Assembly (NCBI RefSeq): GCF_009914755.1 | Contig: NC_060937.1 | DNA: 64,000 bases | Direction: 5' to 3' (one strand) | DNA from: the human T2T-CHM13v2.0 reference genome, Homo sapiens | Shown: piece after piece, positions 52,999-64,000 of the stretch | How positions within the stretch are numbered: the stretch's first letter is position 1 | Layout of the letters: the number at the start of each line of letters is the position of its first letter | Position numbers and translations under genes: made by a program | The notes under the pieces: generated by a model | Told to the model about the DNA's origin: nothing | What the model saw: only the letters and a program-made list of their open reading frames with translations | Database searches by the model: none

Positions 52999-55005
52999 TA
53001 ATTTTGGCAGTCCATTTTCTTTCCCTCAGAGAGTTACACTTTCTCCCTACATCATTCTGAGAACAGACATTCTTTTAAGTAGCTGGATCTTGCCCACCTT
53101 GGGGATGCCTCTACAACTCAAGGTAGCTGAATTAATTCAAAAGTTGTTAAAACTGGGTCATTCATGGCTCATTGGGTACTTAATTTTTATACTCCCTTTT
53201 TCCCATGTCTGCATTCTGTAAGAAGAGAGACCCTACTTAAAAATAAAATTGGCAATACTCAAAAGAGGAGAAAAGCATAGAGTCAATTCCATTACATGAA
53301 AGGTAGATAATATAATGCCTGTTTTGTCTTTAGAATGCACATGATGGACCTTTCAGTACTATAGCTGTAGGAGACTGTGTAGAGAATTTTAGGACGTTGA
53401 AGACTGTTGGCTACCACTTCCAGCCTTCTGCAAGTTTTCACAAGAAAATGAATTTTGCCCAAACAGGCCCATTGGGAAAAAGGGAAATAAGAAAACACTT
53501 CCAGATTTCTAGAAATACTCTCTGCTGCTGGTCAGCAAACAATATGTCTAAAAATCATAATAATATGCTCTATAGCTGTGGAAAAAATATGTTAAATGCC
53601 CTGCCCAAAGCAGAGATATGGAGGTGCAAATCACAAGACACATGTATTTCAGTGTAGGAGACGAAAAACTGGAGAAGCCTAACCTCACAATTATTCTGAG
53701 TATTTCTTGCTTGAGAAAGGCTAAAATTATTGCACTGAAGAAAAATAAGTCAGCTTCTGTGAGTGTAATCCAGCCTCCTTGATGCCTCCCAATTTCAGAG
53801 GCAGGGCCCAAGATGGATGCAGACGAGCTGAGACCTGCGAGTGATGAAGTCTGTGTAGCACCAGGTCTCCACGTGGGTGGTGCATGAATGGAGATCTTCG
53901 ACTTCGCCAACTGGCCCTTTGGCTCAACCAACAGACAATGAAGGTTGAAAGAAATCGTTTCTGTCATGTCAGCCTAGAAAATAGTTGTCTATGCACCTAG
54001 CTTCTGTTGTGGCCTCCATGCCTCTTTCACATGTATCCGTGCAGGACTGAGTAAAGGTGTTCTCTTAAAGAACAGATCTGAGGAAAGTAAGAATGACTGA
54101 CCAGGAAGTTCACTCCATGATAAAGGCAAATACTCTCGACGTATCTGTTCTACATGATATAGTCTGAGCAATGCAACTGTGATGCTCTTTTTCCAAATGG
54201 CAATTTTTTTCAGTTACATGCTTATTATTTATGCTTGCTTTGCTACATTTTTATTGTTCCCATCCAATATAAATTTTGTGATTTGAATGATTAAATGAAT
54301 CATTTAGGTATAGGTGGCTGAATCACGAGGACTTGCATTTGGTTTGGAAGAATGTCTTCTACTCAGAACAAGGACAAGGTAACTTTTCTCTTTTTGCAGC
54401 GAGGATGATCATGTCACCTGTTTTGGATTATCATCTGACATGTGGGAAAGTTTCAAATAAAGCTTATATATGTCTTCAAAAGGTGATACTACATGAACTT
54501 CAAAGCCTAATAGAACTCTCACTGCCAAATGCATCCTCATTCAACGTTGTCTTTGCTGTTTGCTCTGAGTCAGTGCATCTTCAATTATATGTGATAAGAG
54601 ATCAATTTTGTTTTGTTTCCAATCATCTGGAACCAATACTTTCATCAAATATAAAAAGGTACAGGAAAAGTGAAATTTAAAAGTCCTAAAACATAAGTCT
54701 TAACAACTTAGGAGATTTAACAGGCATAAACTACTCTGTCAAACTACTACAAAAATTTAGAATCATTCAATTTCTAGACATATTTCACTGCAGATTGGTA
54801 AAAAGCAGGTTGCAGATGGCATTTTGAGTGGCACTGGTTTAGGTCTTTAGGGGTCAGTAGCTTGTGTGGTTCTGTCTACACTTAGTTTACCGTGGGCTAC
54901 TCAGCTGGAGAGTCACAGTGGAAAGATTGACAGGTAGTGAATCTCTACTGATAATTAACTTGTGAATAATAATAAATGAGTGTATAAAGGAGCTTATTAA
55001 ATAAA

Positions 55006-55495
55006 TGTGTCTGAGAGTTCTAATTGCCTACCCCAATACGCATCTTCACTTTTAGTAAAAGACACCTACATTTTAGCTGGATGTGCTGCCGCTCATTTGA
55101 AGAATGACTTTTCATAGCTCCTCTCGTACACACATGTGTGGCCATATGATTAATCTCTCTGTAAGATGTAGAAGAAACGTATCATGGAACTTTGATAAAC
55201 TCTCCAGAGAAAAAGTGGAAACACCATTCTGCTGTCTTTCCTCCAGTTTGCTGCTCGGAAGGTGAAAATAGGGGTTGAAGTTCCATCAGCAATGCTGGTT
55301 GGATGTAATCAGAGTGGCATGTGAGGCTCAGCAGAGGACAGTGCTGTAGTGAATCCCTGCCAGGGATGCTTGGTGACCAGGGAGCAGCCATAACAAACCT
55401 GGATTCTTTTACTGGAAAAAATGTTACAATTTTACATTTTTCAGTCTACATATTTGTTTTTTTTCTTATGCAGTTAAAACTTCTCTAGTTGATAA
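55006..55495 (+). mobile_element. MLT1J-like MaLR LTR
   Basis: taattgcctaccccaata...tttagtaaaaga...ttttagctgg...gtggccatatgattaa...ggagcagccataacaaacctgga. Confidence 0.75.
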
Positions 55496-55639
55496 TGAAA
55501 TTAAGTTTAAAAATCCTTTTCATGCCTCTATGGAATGTCCCATTATTTATTTCTGCCCTCTGGGACAGCTCATCATACTCTTCCTCTTTGTCTTTTTAAA
55601 TACTGGAAGACATTTGTCTTCTAATTTAGGCTAAATAAA

Positions 55640-55872
55640 AATACTCATTGATCACAGTGATTACTAAGTTTTATTTAATATTTGTTATCTCTTTGAATCC
55701 TCTCAGTGAATGATGGTTATATTATCATATTATTATCTCCTTTTTACAGAGGATGAAATTGAGTCTCTGAAAGATTTTGTGACTTGCCCAAGTTTTGCAG
55801 AACCAAGAAGAAGTGGATTGGGCTTGGATTTCCATCTTAATCTAACTCCAGAGGACATGCACTTAACCAGTG
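55640..55872 (-). mobile_element. MIR SINE
   Basis: attatctcctttttacagaggatgaaattgagtctctga...gtgacttgcccaag. Confidence 0.8.
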
Positions 55873-55912
55873 ATCTATTCCAATTGTTTCCTTTTGTTAA
55901 CAAATGACTGCC

Positions 55913-55977
55913 TTTTTTTTTTTTTATAAGAACATATAATGTGAGATCTATGCTCTTAACACATTTTTAAATGTATA
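55913..55977 (-). mobile_element. L1MA/MB extreme 3' end with poly(T)
   Basis: T13 ataagaacatataatgtgagatctatgctcttaacacatttttaaatgtata. Confidence 0.7.
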
Positions 55978-56170
55978 CTAGTTCCCCTTTATCTGCTGTC
56001 TTGGTTTTACAGTTTTAGTTACCTGTGTTCAGCCATGGTCTGAAAACACTAATTAGAAAATTCCAGAAATGTACAAATTAGTAAGTTTTAAATGGTGCAC
56101 TCCTTTGAGTAGTGTGAAAAAAATCTCGCACCGGAAAGTCAATCCTCTGTTTGTCCATTCCCGCTGCCTA
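55978..56170 (+). mobile_element. MER44 (Tigger7 derivative) 5' fragment
   Basis: tagttcccctttatctg...agttacctgtgttcagccatggtctgaaaa...aaaattccagaaat...gagtagtgtgaaaaaaatctcgcacc. Confidence 0.8.
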
Positions 56171-56526
56171 GAGGTCTCCTCCCTACCTGGGAATTTATGC
56201 ATCTCTATCCATTGACATCATGCCTTTTACCTGATTTGCTTTGACGAACAAAATGTTTGCAGAATAGACTCCTGTCCCTTAAAACTAGACATTTAAGGTA
56301 TAGTTCCCGGTCCTTCAGTCTCTATTTTTTCACTGCTAGGAGACTGGCAATATCCTAGAGAGGGCCTTCTCCACAAACAGGCATCCCTGACTGAAGACAT
56401 GGAGCCAGGCCAGACAATGGATATACAGCATATATAAGAAATAAACTTGTCTTGTATGATTCTGACTCTGAAGTTTGCAGAGTTATTTTGCACCTGCCAA
56501 GAACTAAGCTTTAGCATACTGAAACA
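56171..56526 (+). mobile_element. Old MLT1 (I/J2-like) LTR
   Basis: gatttgctttgacgaacaaaatgt...gagactggcaatatcc...atggatatacagcatatataagaaataaactt...tactgaaaca. Confidence 0.7.
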
Positions 56527-57163
56527 GATTCTATTCTGACAGTCTCCTGCCATTTCCCTATCGCTGGACTCATTGGCATATATTTACCTTCAGTGGGGTG
56601 TTTTCCCTGAGGCATAAGACTCAATCAACCCCAAATTTTGGCAGTTCATCCACTGGCAAACATGTAATGACTGGAAAGGCATGTTTCAGTTCCTATGTGT
56701 TTCTGCTTTATTATGGGACAAAGACATTGAAAAATTTAACCATGCACAGGAAATAATCATCAATAATTATAATAAAAATGTCTCTACCCTATTAAAAATC
56801 TGGAAAATAGAAACTATTAATTAAATGTTTTATGTTTCACATGCACGTCTTTTATCTATGCTACCTGAATATCCTTACTTTTCATAAGCAATGTAATTAT
56901 TTTATAATTGACAAGACCATAATAGACAGTGTTTATTTGATTTGCTTTATTAATACAATGTTAATGATAAATGTGTTACAATAGAATGCAAGACTTTTTA
57001 GTTAGACATGTCCCTCTCACAGTTTTCTATTCAACTTTCTGATACTTCTTTCCAATAACATGTACGAATTTTCTTCATCTACTTGTATCTTAAATGTTCA
57101 CCTTAATTTTTATGTTTTCCCCAAGAAAACTCACATAACTCTCATAAATTTATGCATAGTAGT

Positions 57164-59330
57164 TGACATGGTTTGGCTCTGTGTCCCCACCCAAACCTTA
57201 TCTTGAATTGTACTCCCATAATTCCCATGTTTTGTGGGAGGAACCTGGTGGGAGATAATTTGAATCATGGGTGGGGTTTTGCTTCCTGCCATGATTCTGA
57301 GGCCTCCCCCACCACGTGAAACTGTAAGCCCAATTAAACCTCTTTTTCTTCCCCGTCTTGGGTGTGTCTTTATCAGCAGTGTGAAAATGGACTAATACAG
57401 TAAATTGGTACCAGTACAGTGGGGCATTACTGAAAAGATACCCAAAAAAGTGGAAGCCACTTTTGAACCGGGTAACAGGCAGAAGTTGGAAAAATTTGGA
57501 GGGCTCAGAAGAAGACAGGAAAATGTGGAATAGTTTGAAACTTCCTAGAGACTTGTTGAATGGCTTTGACCAAAAGCCTGATAGTGATATGAGCAATAAG
57601 GTCCAGGCTGAGGTGGTCTCAGATGGAGATGAGGAACTTGTTGGGAACTGGAGCAAAGGTGACTCTTTTTATGTTTTATCAAAGAGACTGGTGGTATTTT
57701 TCCCCTCGCCTAGAGATTTGTGGAGCTTTGAACTCCAGAGAGATGATATAGGGTATCTGGCAGAAGAAACTTCTAAGCAGCAAAGCATTCAAGAGGTGAC
57801 TTGGGTGCTGTTAAGGGCATTCCGTTTTATAAAGGAAGCAAAGCATAAAAGTTTGAAAAATTTGCAGCCTGAAAATGTGATAGAAAAGAAAAACTCATTT
57901 TCTGAGGAGAAATTCAAGCCTACTGCAAAAATTTGCATAAGTAACGAGAAGTCAAATGTTAACCCCCAAGAGAATGAGAAAAATGTCTCCAGGGCATGTC
58001 AGTGGCCTTCATGGCAGCCCCTCCCATCACAGTCCTGGATGCCTAGGAGAAAATGATTTCATGGGCCGCACTGAGGGTTCCCATGCTGTGTGCAGCCTGT
58101 AGACTTGGCGCCCTGTGTCCCAGCCACCCCAGCCATGGCTGAAAGGGGACAACATAGAGCTAAGGTCATGGCTTTAGAGGATGCAAGCATCAAGCCTTGG
58201 CAGCTTCCATGTGGTGTTTAGCCTGTGAGTACACAGAAGTCAAGAATTGAGGTTTGGGAACCTCCACCTAGATTTCAGAGGATGTATGGAAATGCCTGGA
58301 TACCCAGGCAGAAGTTTGCTGCAGAGGCAGGGCACTCATGAGGAACCTCTGGTAGGGCAGTGCAAAAGTCAAATGTGGGGTCAAGAGCTCCGACACAGAG
58401 TCCCTACTGGGGTACTGCCTAGTGGAGCTGTGAGAAGAGGGACACTGTCCTCCAGACTCCAGAAAGGTAGATCCACCAACAACTTCCACTGTTTGCCTGG
58501 AAAAGCCCCAGACACTCAATGCCACCCTGTGAAAGCAGCTGGGAGGGAGGCTATACCCTGCAAAGCCACAGGGGTGGAGCTGCCTAAGACCATGGGAAGC
58601 CACCTCTTGAATCAGCGTGACCTGGATGTGAGACTTGGAGTCAAAGGAGATCATTTTGGAACTTTAAAATTTGACTGCCCTGCTAGATTTTGGACTTGCA
58701 TGGTCCCTGTAATCCCTTTGTTTTGGTCAATTTCTCCCATTTGGAACAGCTGTATTTACCAAATACCTGTACCCCCATTGTATCTAGGAAGTAACTAGCT
58801 TGCTTTTGATTTTACAGGCTCATAGGTGAAAGGAACTTGCCTTGTCTCAGATGAGACTTTGGACTGTGGACTTTTGGGTTGATGCTGAAATGAGTTAAGA
58901 CTTTGGGGGACTGTTGGGAAGGCATGATTGGTTTTGGAAGGTGAGGACATGAGATTTGGAGGGCCAGGGGCAGAATGGTATAGTTTGAGTGTGTGTCCCC
59001 ACCCAAATCTTATCTTGAATTGTACTCCCAAAATTGTCATGTGTTGTGGGAGAGACCCAATGGGAGATCATTTGAATCATGGTGGTGGTTTCCCCCATAC
59101 TGTTCACATGGTAGTGAATAAGTCTCATGAGATCTGATGGGTTTATCAGGGGTTTCTGCTTTTGCATCTTCCTCATTTTCTCTTACCACCACCATGTAAG
59201 AAGTGCCGTTCACCTCCCGCCATGATTCTGAGGCCTCTCCAGCCATGTGGAACTGTAAGTCCAATTAAGTCTCTTTTTCTTCCCAGTGTTGGGTATGTCT
59301 TTATCAGCAGCATGAAAATGGACTTATACA
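57164..59330 (+). mobile_element. THE1A/B provirus (5'LTR 57164-57399 deleted internally, THE1-int 57400-58975, 3'LTR 58976-59330)
   Basis: Perfect 5-bp TSD GTAGT; gtaaattggtacc internal start; PPT ggagggccaggggcagaa; MaLR ORF remnants at 57463-58056 and 58247-58798. Confidence 0.97.
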
Positions 59331-59452
59331 GTAGTAAAAAAGTCAAAATTGTAATACTTCTGTTCAGGCTGGAGTTCAGAATTTATTTATTGCCCATCTT
59401 CATTGAGACATCTCACAGCCACCTGAAATAGAGGTACGTATCCATCTTATGT

Positions 59453-59900
59453 CAGTAGGCCGCAACCTTTTTGGTACCAGGGACCCATTTCATGGAAGAC
59501 CATTTTCCTACGAATGGCCAGTGGGAGATGGTTTCAGGATAAAACAGAACTGTTCTATCAGGCGTTAAATTCTCGTAAGGCGCATACAACATAGATCCCT
59601 CTCAAGGGCAGTTCACCATAGGGTTCACACTCCTGTGAGAATCTAATCCTGCTGCTGATCTAACAGGAGGCAGAGCTCAGGAAGTAATGCTTGCTGGCCC
59701 ACCACTCACCTCCTGCTGTGCAGTCCCTTTCCTAACAGGCCACAGACCAGTACTGTGGTCTGAGGTCTGTCTATTCACATCATGCCTGTCTACCTGATTT
59801 GCTTTGACAAATGAAATGTCTGCAGTATAGACTCCTGTCCCTTGGAATTAGACATTTAAATTATAGTACTGGTCTGTGGCCTGGGGTCTGGGGACACCTG
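59453..59900. mobile_element. MER1B (hAT-Charlie) element carrying a ~110-bp non-MER1 insert
   Basis: Termini cagtaggccgcaacc ... ggggacacctg; 8-bp TSD tcttatgt/atttatgt; body gagaatctaatcctgctgctgatctaacaggaggcagagctcagg. Confidence 0.92.
59766..59867 (+). repeat. Dispersed direct duplication of 56204-56304
   Basis: Hand alignment gives 14 mismatches and 1 gap over ~102 bp; shared blocks tacctgatttgctttgac, atagactcctgtccctt, tagacatttaa. Confidence 0.93.
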
Positions 59901-60059
59901 ATTTATGTAACAAAAACTCTGGTACATAGAATATGTTCAATAGATATTTCTGAAAAGATAAATGAATGTCTTAAAGTGAATTCATAAACATACTCAGCAG
60001 ACAAACCCAGTAGACCGAAACTTCACTCAGTACCCAAAATATACTTTCTCAGAGAATAC

Positions 60060-60732
60060 TGTTAAGACCCACATCATTGCCTTTCTGGACAGCTGATGGC
60101 CTCCTTCCTCTTCTGCCTCATCCTGTTGTTTCTCTGTCACATTTGGTTGGACAAAAGAACATTCAAATCTGCCCAATTGTTTCTTTATGATGGCACCACT
60201 GCAGTTTGCCAGTCTTAATTTATTCTTAAAGTTGACAATACATATTTTTCTTTAAAATAGTTATTTTCTTATTTTTATAAACACTCGAATGATTCCTTAC
60301 CTGCAAAATAGTGAATAAATTTCTTACCTTTTCCTATGGGTCTGCACAATCAGGATCCTGCCTTCCTCTGTGATAGCACTTTGTGCCAATAAACACAAAG
60401 CCTTCACCTGAAATGAATTACTTGCAACTCGATGAAAACATGATCTCTTATGTCTAGTTGTCATGACACAGATATCCCGACTGCCTTTTTCTCACTCCAA
60501 CTTCTTGGTGATCTTGTGTTAATCCGTCATTCCAATTTTTCTTCTAATATCCCCACCTCTGCAATTTCTAGTTCTCCAGTCTCTGCTGAGCCTGCTGAGC
60601 AAAACGCCCCCTTTGTTGCACATTGAGTTATGATTGCACATCTAGATATGTTGTCTGTCTTTGCTGCTAATGATGAATTTCCCCTGTATCCTGCACATTT
60701 TAGGTGATCACTAAATGTTTCTGGATGCATAA
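60060..60732 (+). mobile_element. Degraded L2 (further L2 pieces flank THE1/MER1B at ~57010-57163, 59336-59452, 59901-59968)
   Basis: catcattgcctttctggac...cctgtatcctgcac...taggtgatcactaaatgtttctggatg; ctggtacatagaatatgttcaatagatattt...aatgaatg. Confidence 0.55.
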
Positions 60733-61298
60733 GTTATTGCTATGTCAACTTGGTGGCATCAAAGCAAAAACAACCACAGAGCCTAAGACAGATTTTAAAA
60801 AACACTAGTGTTGTATTTAATAGATTTTTTAAAGTTTATACTAGTTTTTGCTTCATTGCTGGATAAAAATATTATGTAATATAATAGATAACTATTTTCT
60901 AGCAAGCTCCATACTAGAGAAAGTTAGAGATTATGGTGCTGTGAGACTCAGTGATAGATTGACAATATGTCTTGAAATGTCAACTGTTTCGGTTATTACA
61001 TATTACCTTTGTGAATTGAATTGTATTTTTTAAATGCCAAATCCATTTTTGAATATTACATTCACAATCTAATATTTTTTAAGAAACACTGAAGAGCTTT
61101 ACTACTAATTCCTTATTTCTGATATAGATAGAAAAGGGCATGGTGTATTGAAATTTTGGAATGTCTGGGCTGAGTAGAATTTCTGTCTCTCAGCCCTTCT
61201 TGCCATGGGTCCGTTTGAAAGTTATTTAACCTCTAAAATTATTATTTTTATTTATATATATATATTACCTATTTTTTGTATCAAAGTAGTATACTCAC

Positions 61299-61653
61299 TG
61301 TACTAGTCCAATCCCACACTGCTAATAAAGACATACTCGAGACTGGGTAATTATAAAGGAAAGAGGTTTAATTGACTCACAGTTCAGCATGGCTGGGGAG
61401 ATTGGAGGAAACTTACAGTTATGGCAGAAGGGGAAGTAAACACATCCTACATCACACGGAGGCAGCAAAGAGAAATGCCCTTTATAACACCATCAGGTCT
61501 CTTGAGACTTATTCAGTGTCACAATAACAGCACGGGAAAACACACCCCCACGATTCAGTTACCTCCCACTGGGTCCCTCCCATGACACGTGGGGATTATG
61601 GGAGTACAAGTCAAGATGAAACTTGGGTGGGGACACAGAGCCAAACCATATCA
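61299..61653 (-). mobile_element. THE1C solo LTR inserted in a MIR (~61135-61700)
   Basis: tgtactagtcc...gctaataaagacatactcgagactgggtaat...gagccaaaccatatca; TSD ctcac/ctgac. Confidence 0.92.
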
Positions 61654-61999
61654 CTGACCTACTTTTAAAGAAGTGAAAAGACACTAAAATTAATGTAATT
61701 ATAATTATGGGAAAAAAAAGAAACAGCAGCTTCCTTTTGCTTTCCTCCTTCCTAAGAATCATGTGGTTACTCGCTGACAGTGATTCATTGGGGACTCCTT
61801 CAACGTCTTCAGATAAAACTCTTCCAAATGTCTATATGGGCATAAAACCTACCAGACAACAGGGAGGGCATAGGTGGTTTTACTCTTCAGCACGTAGGGC
61901 ATACAGAACTCTGCACCCTACCCTTGCTTCTAATAGGGCTGATCTTTTCCGTGTCTTCACAAGGGACTTTCTAGGCTTCTGTGGGAGTGGAAACACCTG

Positions 62000-62230
62000 C
62001 CTGCGCAGGGTGCTCATAAGGACCCATCAGCCCAGCTCCTTACATAGACTTTAAGCAAATCCCTCTTCACCCCAGCCCGCTTCCACCCTAGTCTTGCTGT
62101 CACTTCTAGAGCACCAGGGGCTTGATTATCTTTGGTGGCTTCTTTTTAGGCTTTTAGACCCGGCCTCCTCCCCAAACCCCCCGCCACGTCAGTTACCATG
62201 GCTCTGCTGCTGTCTGCCTCTATTGTGGGT
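62000..62230. promoter_or_regulatory. Small GC-rich candidate regulatory element
   Basis: GC-box-like cccccgcc, CCACGTCA 62184-62191 (UPRE/CRE-like) and adjacent GTTACCATGGC 62192-62202 (RFX X-box-like). Confidence 0.3.
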
Positions 62231-64000
62231 TGCAGTAAATATATATTTTCCATGAAGACAGAATTTATATATTTATTCTCATTCTACTTACATTTTAGGG
62301 CATATTTTTAAGAGACTAAGGGATCAGGATATTCTTTATTACATCATCTTGCAAATGGGAGTTGGTTTCTAATTCTCAGTGTGAAGATTCTCAATATGAG
62401 GATGATAATGCAAGGATCATGTAATTGCTTCCCAGATTAGGTTAAAAAATGTGCAAAGCTCTTAAACTTTTAAAGTTTGAGGCTGAGTTGAGAATTAGTT
62501 CAGCCTGCAGGGCTCTAATAACTAGCTTTACTGGATAAAATTTCAAGTACATACGGGAGCACTTTCTAACTCGGAGGAGGTATAATATATATTTCTTTTC
62601 CCTTTCAATTTGGTAAATATTTTCACATAGAAGAACAATTATAACCTTGTATAATTTCATTGTCTATATTTTAATTGCCAAATTTAAGTAGAATGCATTC
62701 AAAGTTTTATTTTGGCTTGCAGAATCAGTATTCAATCACAACTTTTACTGCCTGTTTGAATTAGCCTTCGAACAAATGAGGGGAAAAATGTCTAAATAAC
62801 TTTGTAATATTTTAAAGTTTTCATAGAATTAATGGTAATTAAAGACAGCTCACTGTTTATTTCCTACTTAATTATATTTAAAGCTAGATCAGGAAGAATA
62901 GAATTCTAGTATATTAAACAGAAGAAAGAGAAAATATTTCCTAAGCCACCAAATATCCACAATTTATTAAAGAAAACATTTAAGATTTTAAAACTTGGCA
63001 TTCTCCACAAAGGCTGAGATATTTCAACTTTAATATCTGAAGCCTATCTGAAATTAGCTCTTCTATTATGACAACTTAAACTAATTAGTGCAGATAGCCA
63101 GCTTTTATTTTTTCCCCTCACAAGTGAGCAATGATTAGATTTCTGCACATAAATATAGCAGTGGGTTTAATGCCCATGAAAGATGCTCAAGATTAAAATA
63201 ATTTCAAATTCAGCCTATCATATAGAAAAAAATAGACGTATAAATTGTATCATTTGGCAAGCAAAAAGCTAAATAAAGTCAGCCAGAGTGGAAAGCAGAG
63301 GCAAAAATGTAGTTAAAATTAAATGGGAAATAAACAGTAGTAGTAGAAGAGAAAGAGCTTAAAATTAACTTTAGAACTTATAGAAGGCAAGGTAGAGTAC
63401 AGGACAGAAAAAACAAATGTATATTCATAGATGAGCTTTGGTTGCTTTTATCTGTTTTTCTTTTTGCTAATGCTTCTGCCTTCATACATGTGCACAACAC
63501 ACAAACACACAAATCAGGGTAATCACAAACATCTCACTCCTTGGTCTACAGTTTTTTAATTCTATATTCTGGTCAGATGTTTCTCTTGGCACTACAGTGA
63601 GTGAAGCAACGAAGGCTCAAGAGAAGACAAATCCTGGGGAGAATGGGAAATGGAATATTTGGTCCCTTAACTTGGGCCCCAGGCTTTTCTCCCTGGGTGG
63701 ACTTAATCTTTAACATACCATGGGATATAGTTTGGAGTTTATACACAGCTAACATTTCCATTCTAAACAGCTGCATTTGTGTTGGCACACTTACCAATCA
63801 ATTTGATACACTCTTTCATTGGGTAGAGAATGCAGAATTTTAACCAAAGAGAAAATAATATTTTCAAATGGTGCTCTGGGTTTGATATTTTTAAAATAGA
63901 ATCACTGGATTAAGTTAAACCTGCCACCAAAATGCTGCGGATGTAGCACTATCCGTTGGTTTAATAATGTTACCGGTTTTCATACAGAAATAATTTTTAT

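Noticed and set aside
57303-57315. PRDM9-like motif in the THE1 5' LTR (cctcccccaccac)
   Set aside because: Lacks the T at position 7 of CCNCCNTNNCCNC.
57198-59431. Several 80-197 aa ORFs on both strands
   Set aside because: All lie in the THE1 provirus; they are MaLR ORF remnants or antisense frames.
62108-62124. CTCF-like gcaccaggggct
   Set aside because: One base short of the core and poor flanks.

Overview
AT-rich, CpG-poor primate (human-like) non-coding DNA. It contains Alu, L1PA, THE1/MST and MER1/MER4 repeats and no protein-coding gene, RNA gene or processed pseudogene that I can support. The recognisable ORFs are retroelement or transposon remnants (L1 ORF2, THE1-int, Tigger transposase); the rest look like chance ORFs. 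The first ~11 kb is nearly free of recognisable repeats and carries dense homeodomain/bHLH/SOX/MEIS motif clusters, resembling developmental enhancers in a gene desert. From 11.5 kb onward the window is a mosaic of about 13 MaLR insertions (including near-full-length MLT1A0 and THE1 proviruses), ERVL/ERV1 LTRs, old L1/HAL1/L2/MIR fragments, Tigger and hAT transposons, two Alus and a 2.9-kb L1PA. The most unusual observation is a ~100-bp copy of local sequence (56204-56304) sitting inside a MER1B hAT element (59766-59867), which looks like a templated insertion or capture. Other leads are a THE1 solo LTR with a DUX4 motif and the CCTCCCT hotspot core, and a candidate spliced minus-strand lncRNA next to a MER4 LTR. 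Subfamily names come from recalled consensus sequences, not a RepeatMasker run, and boundaries of old repeats are approximate.
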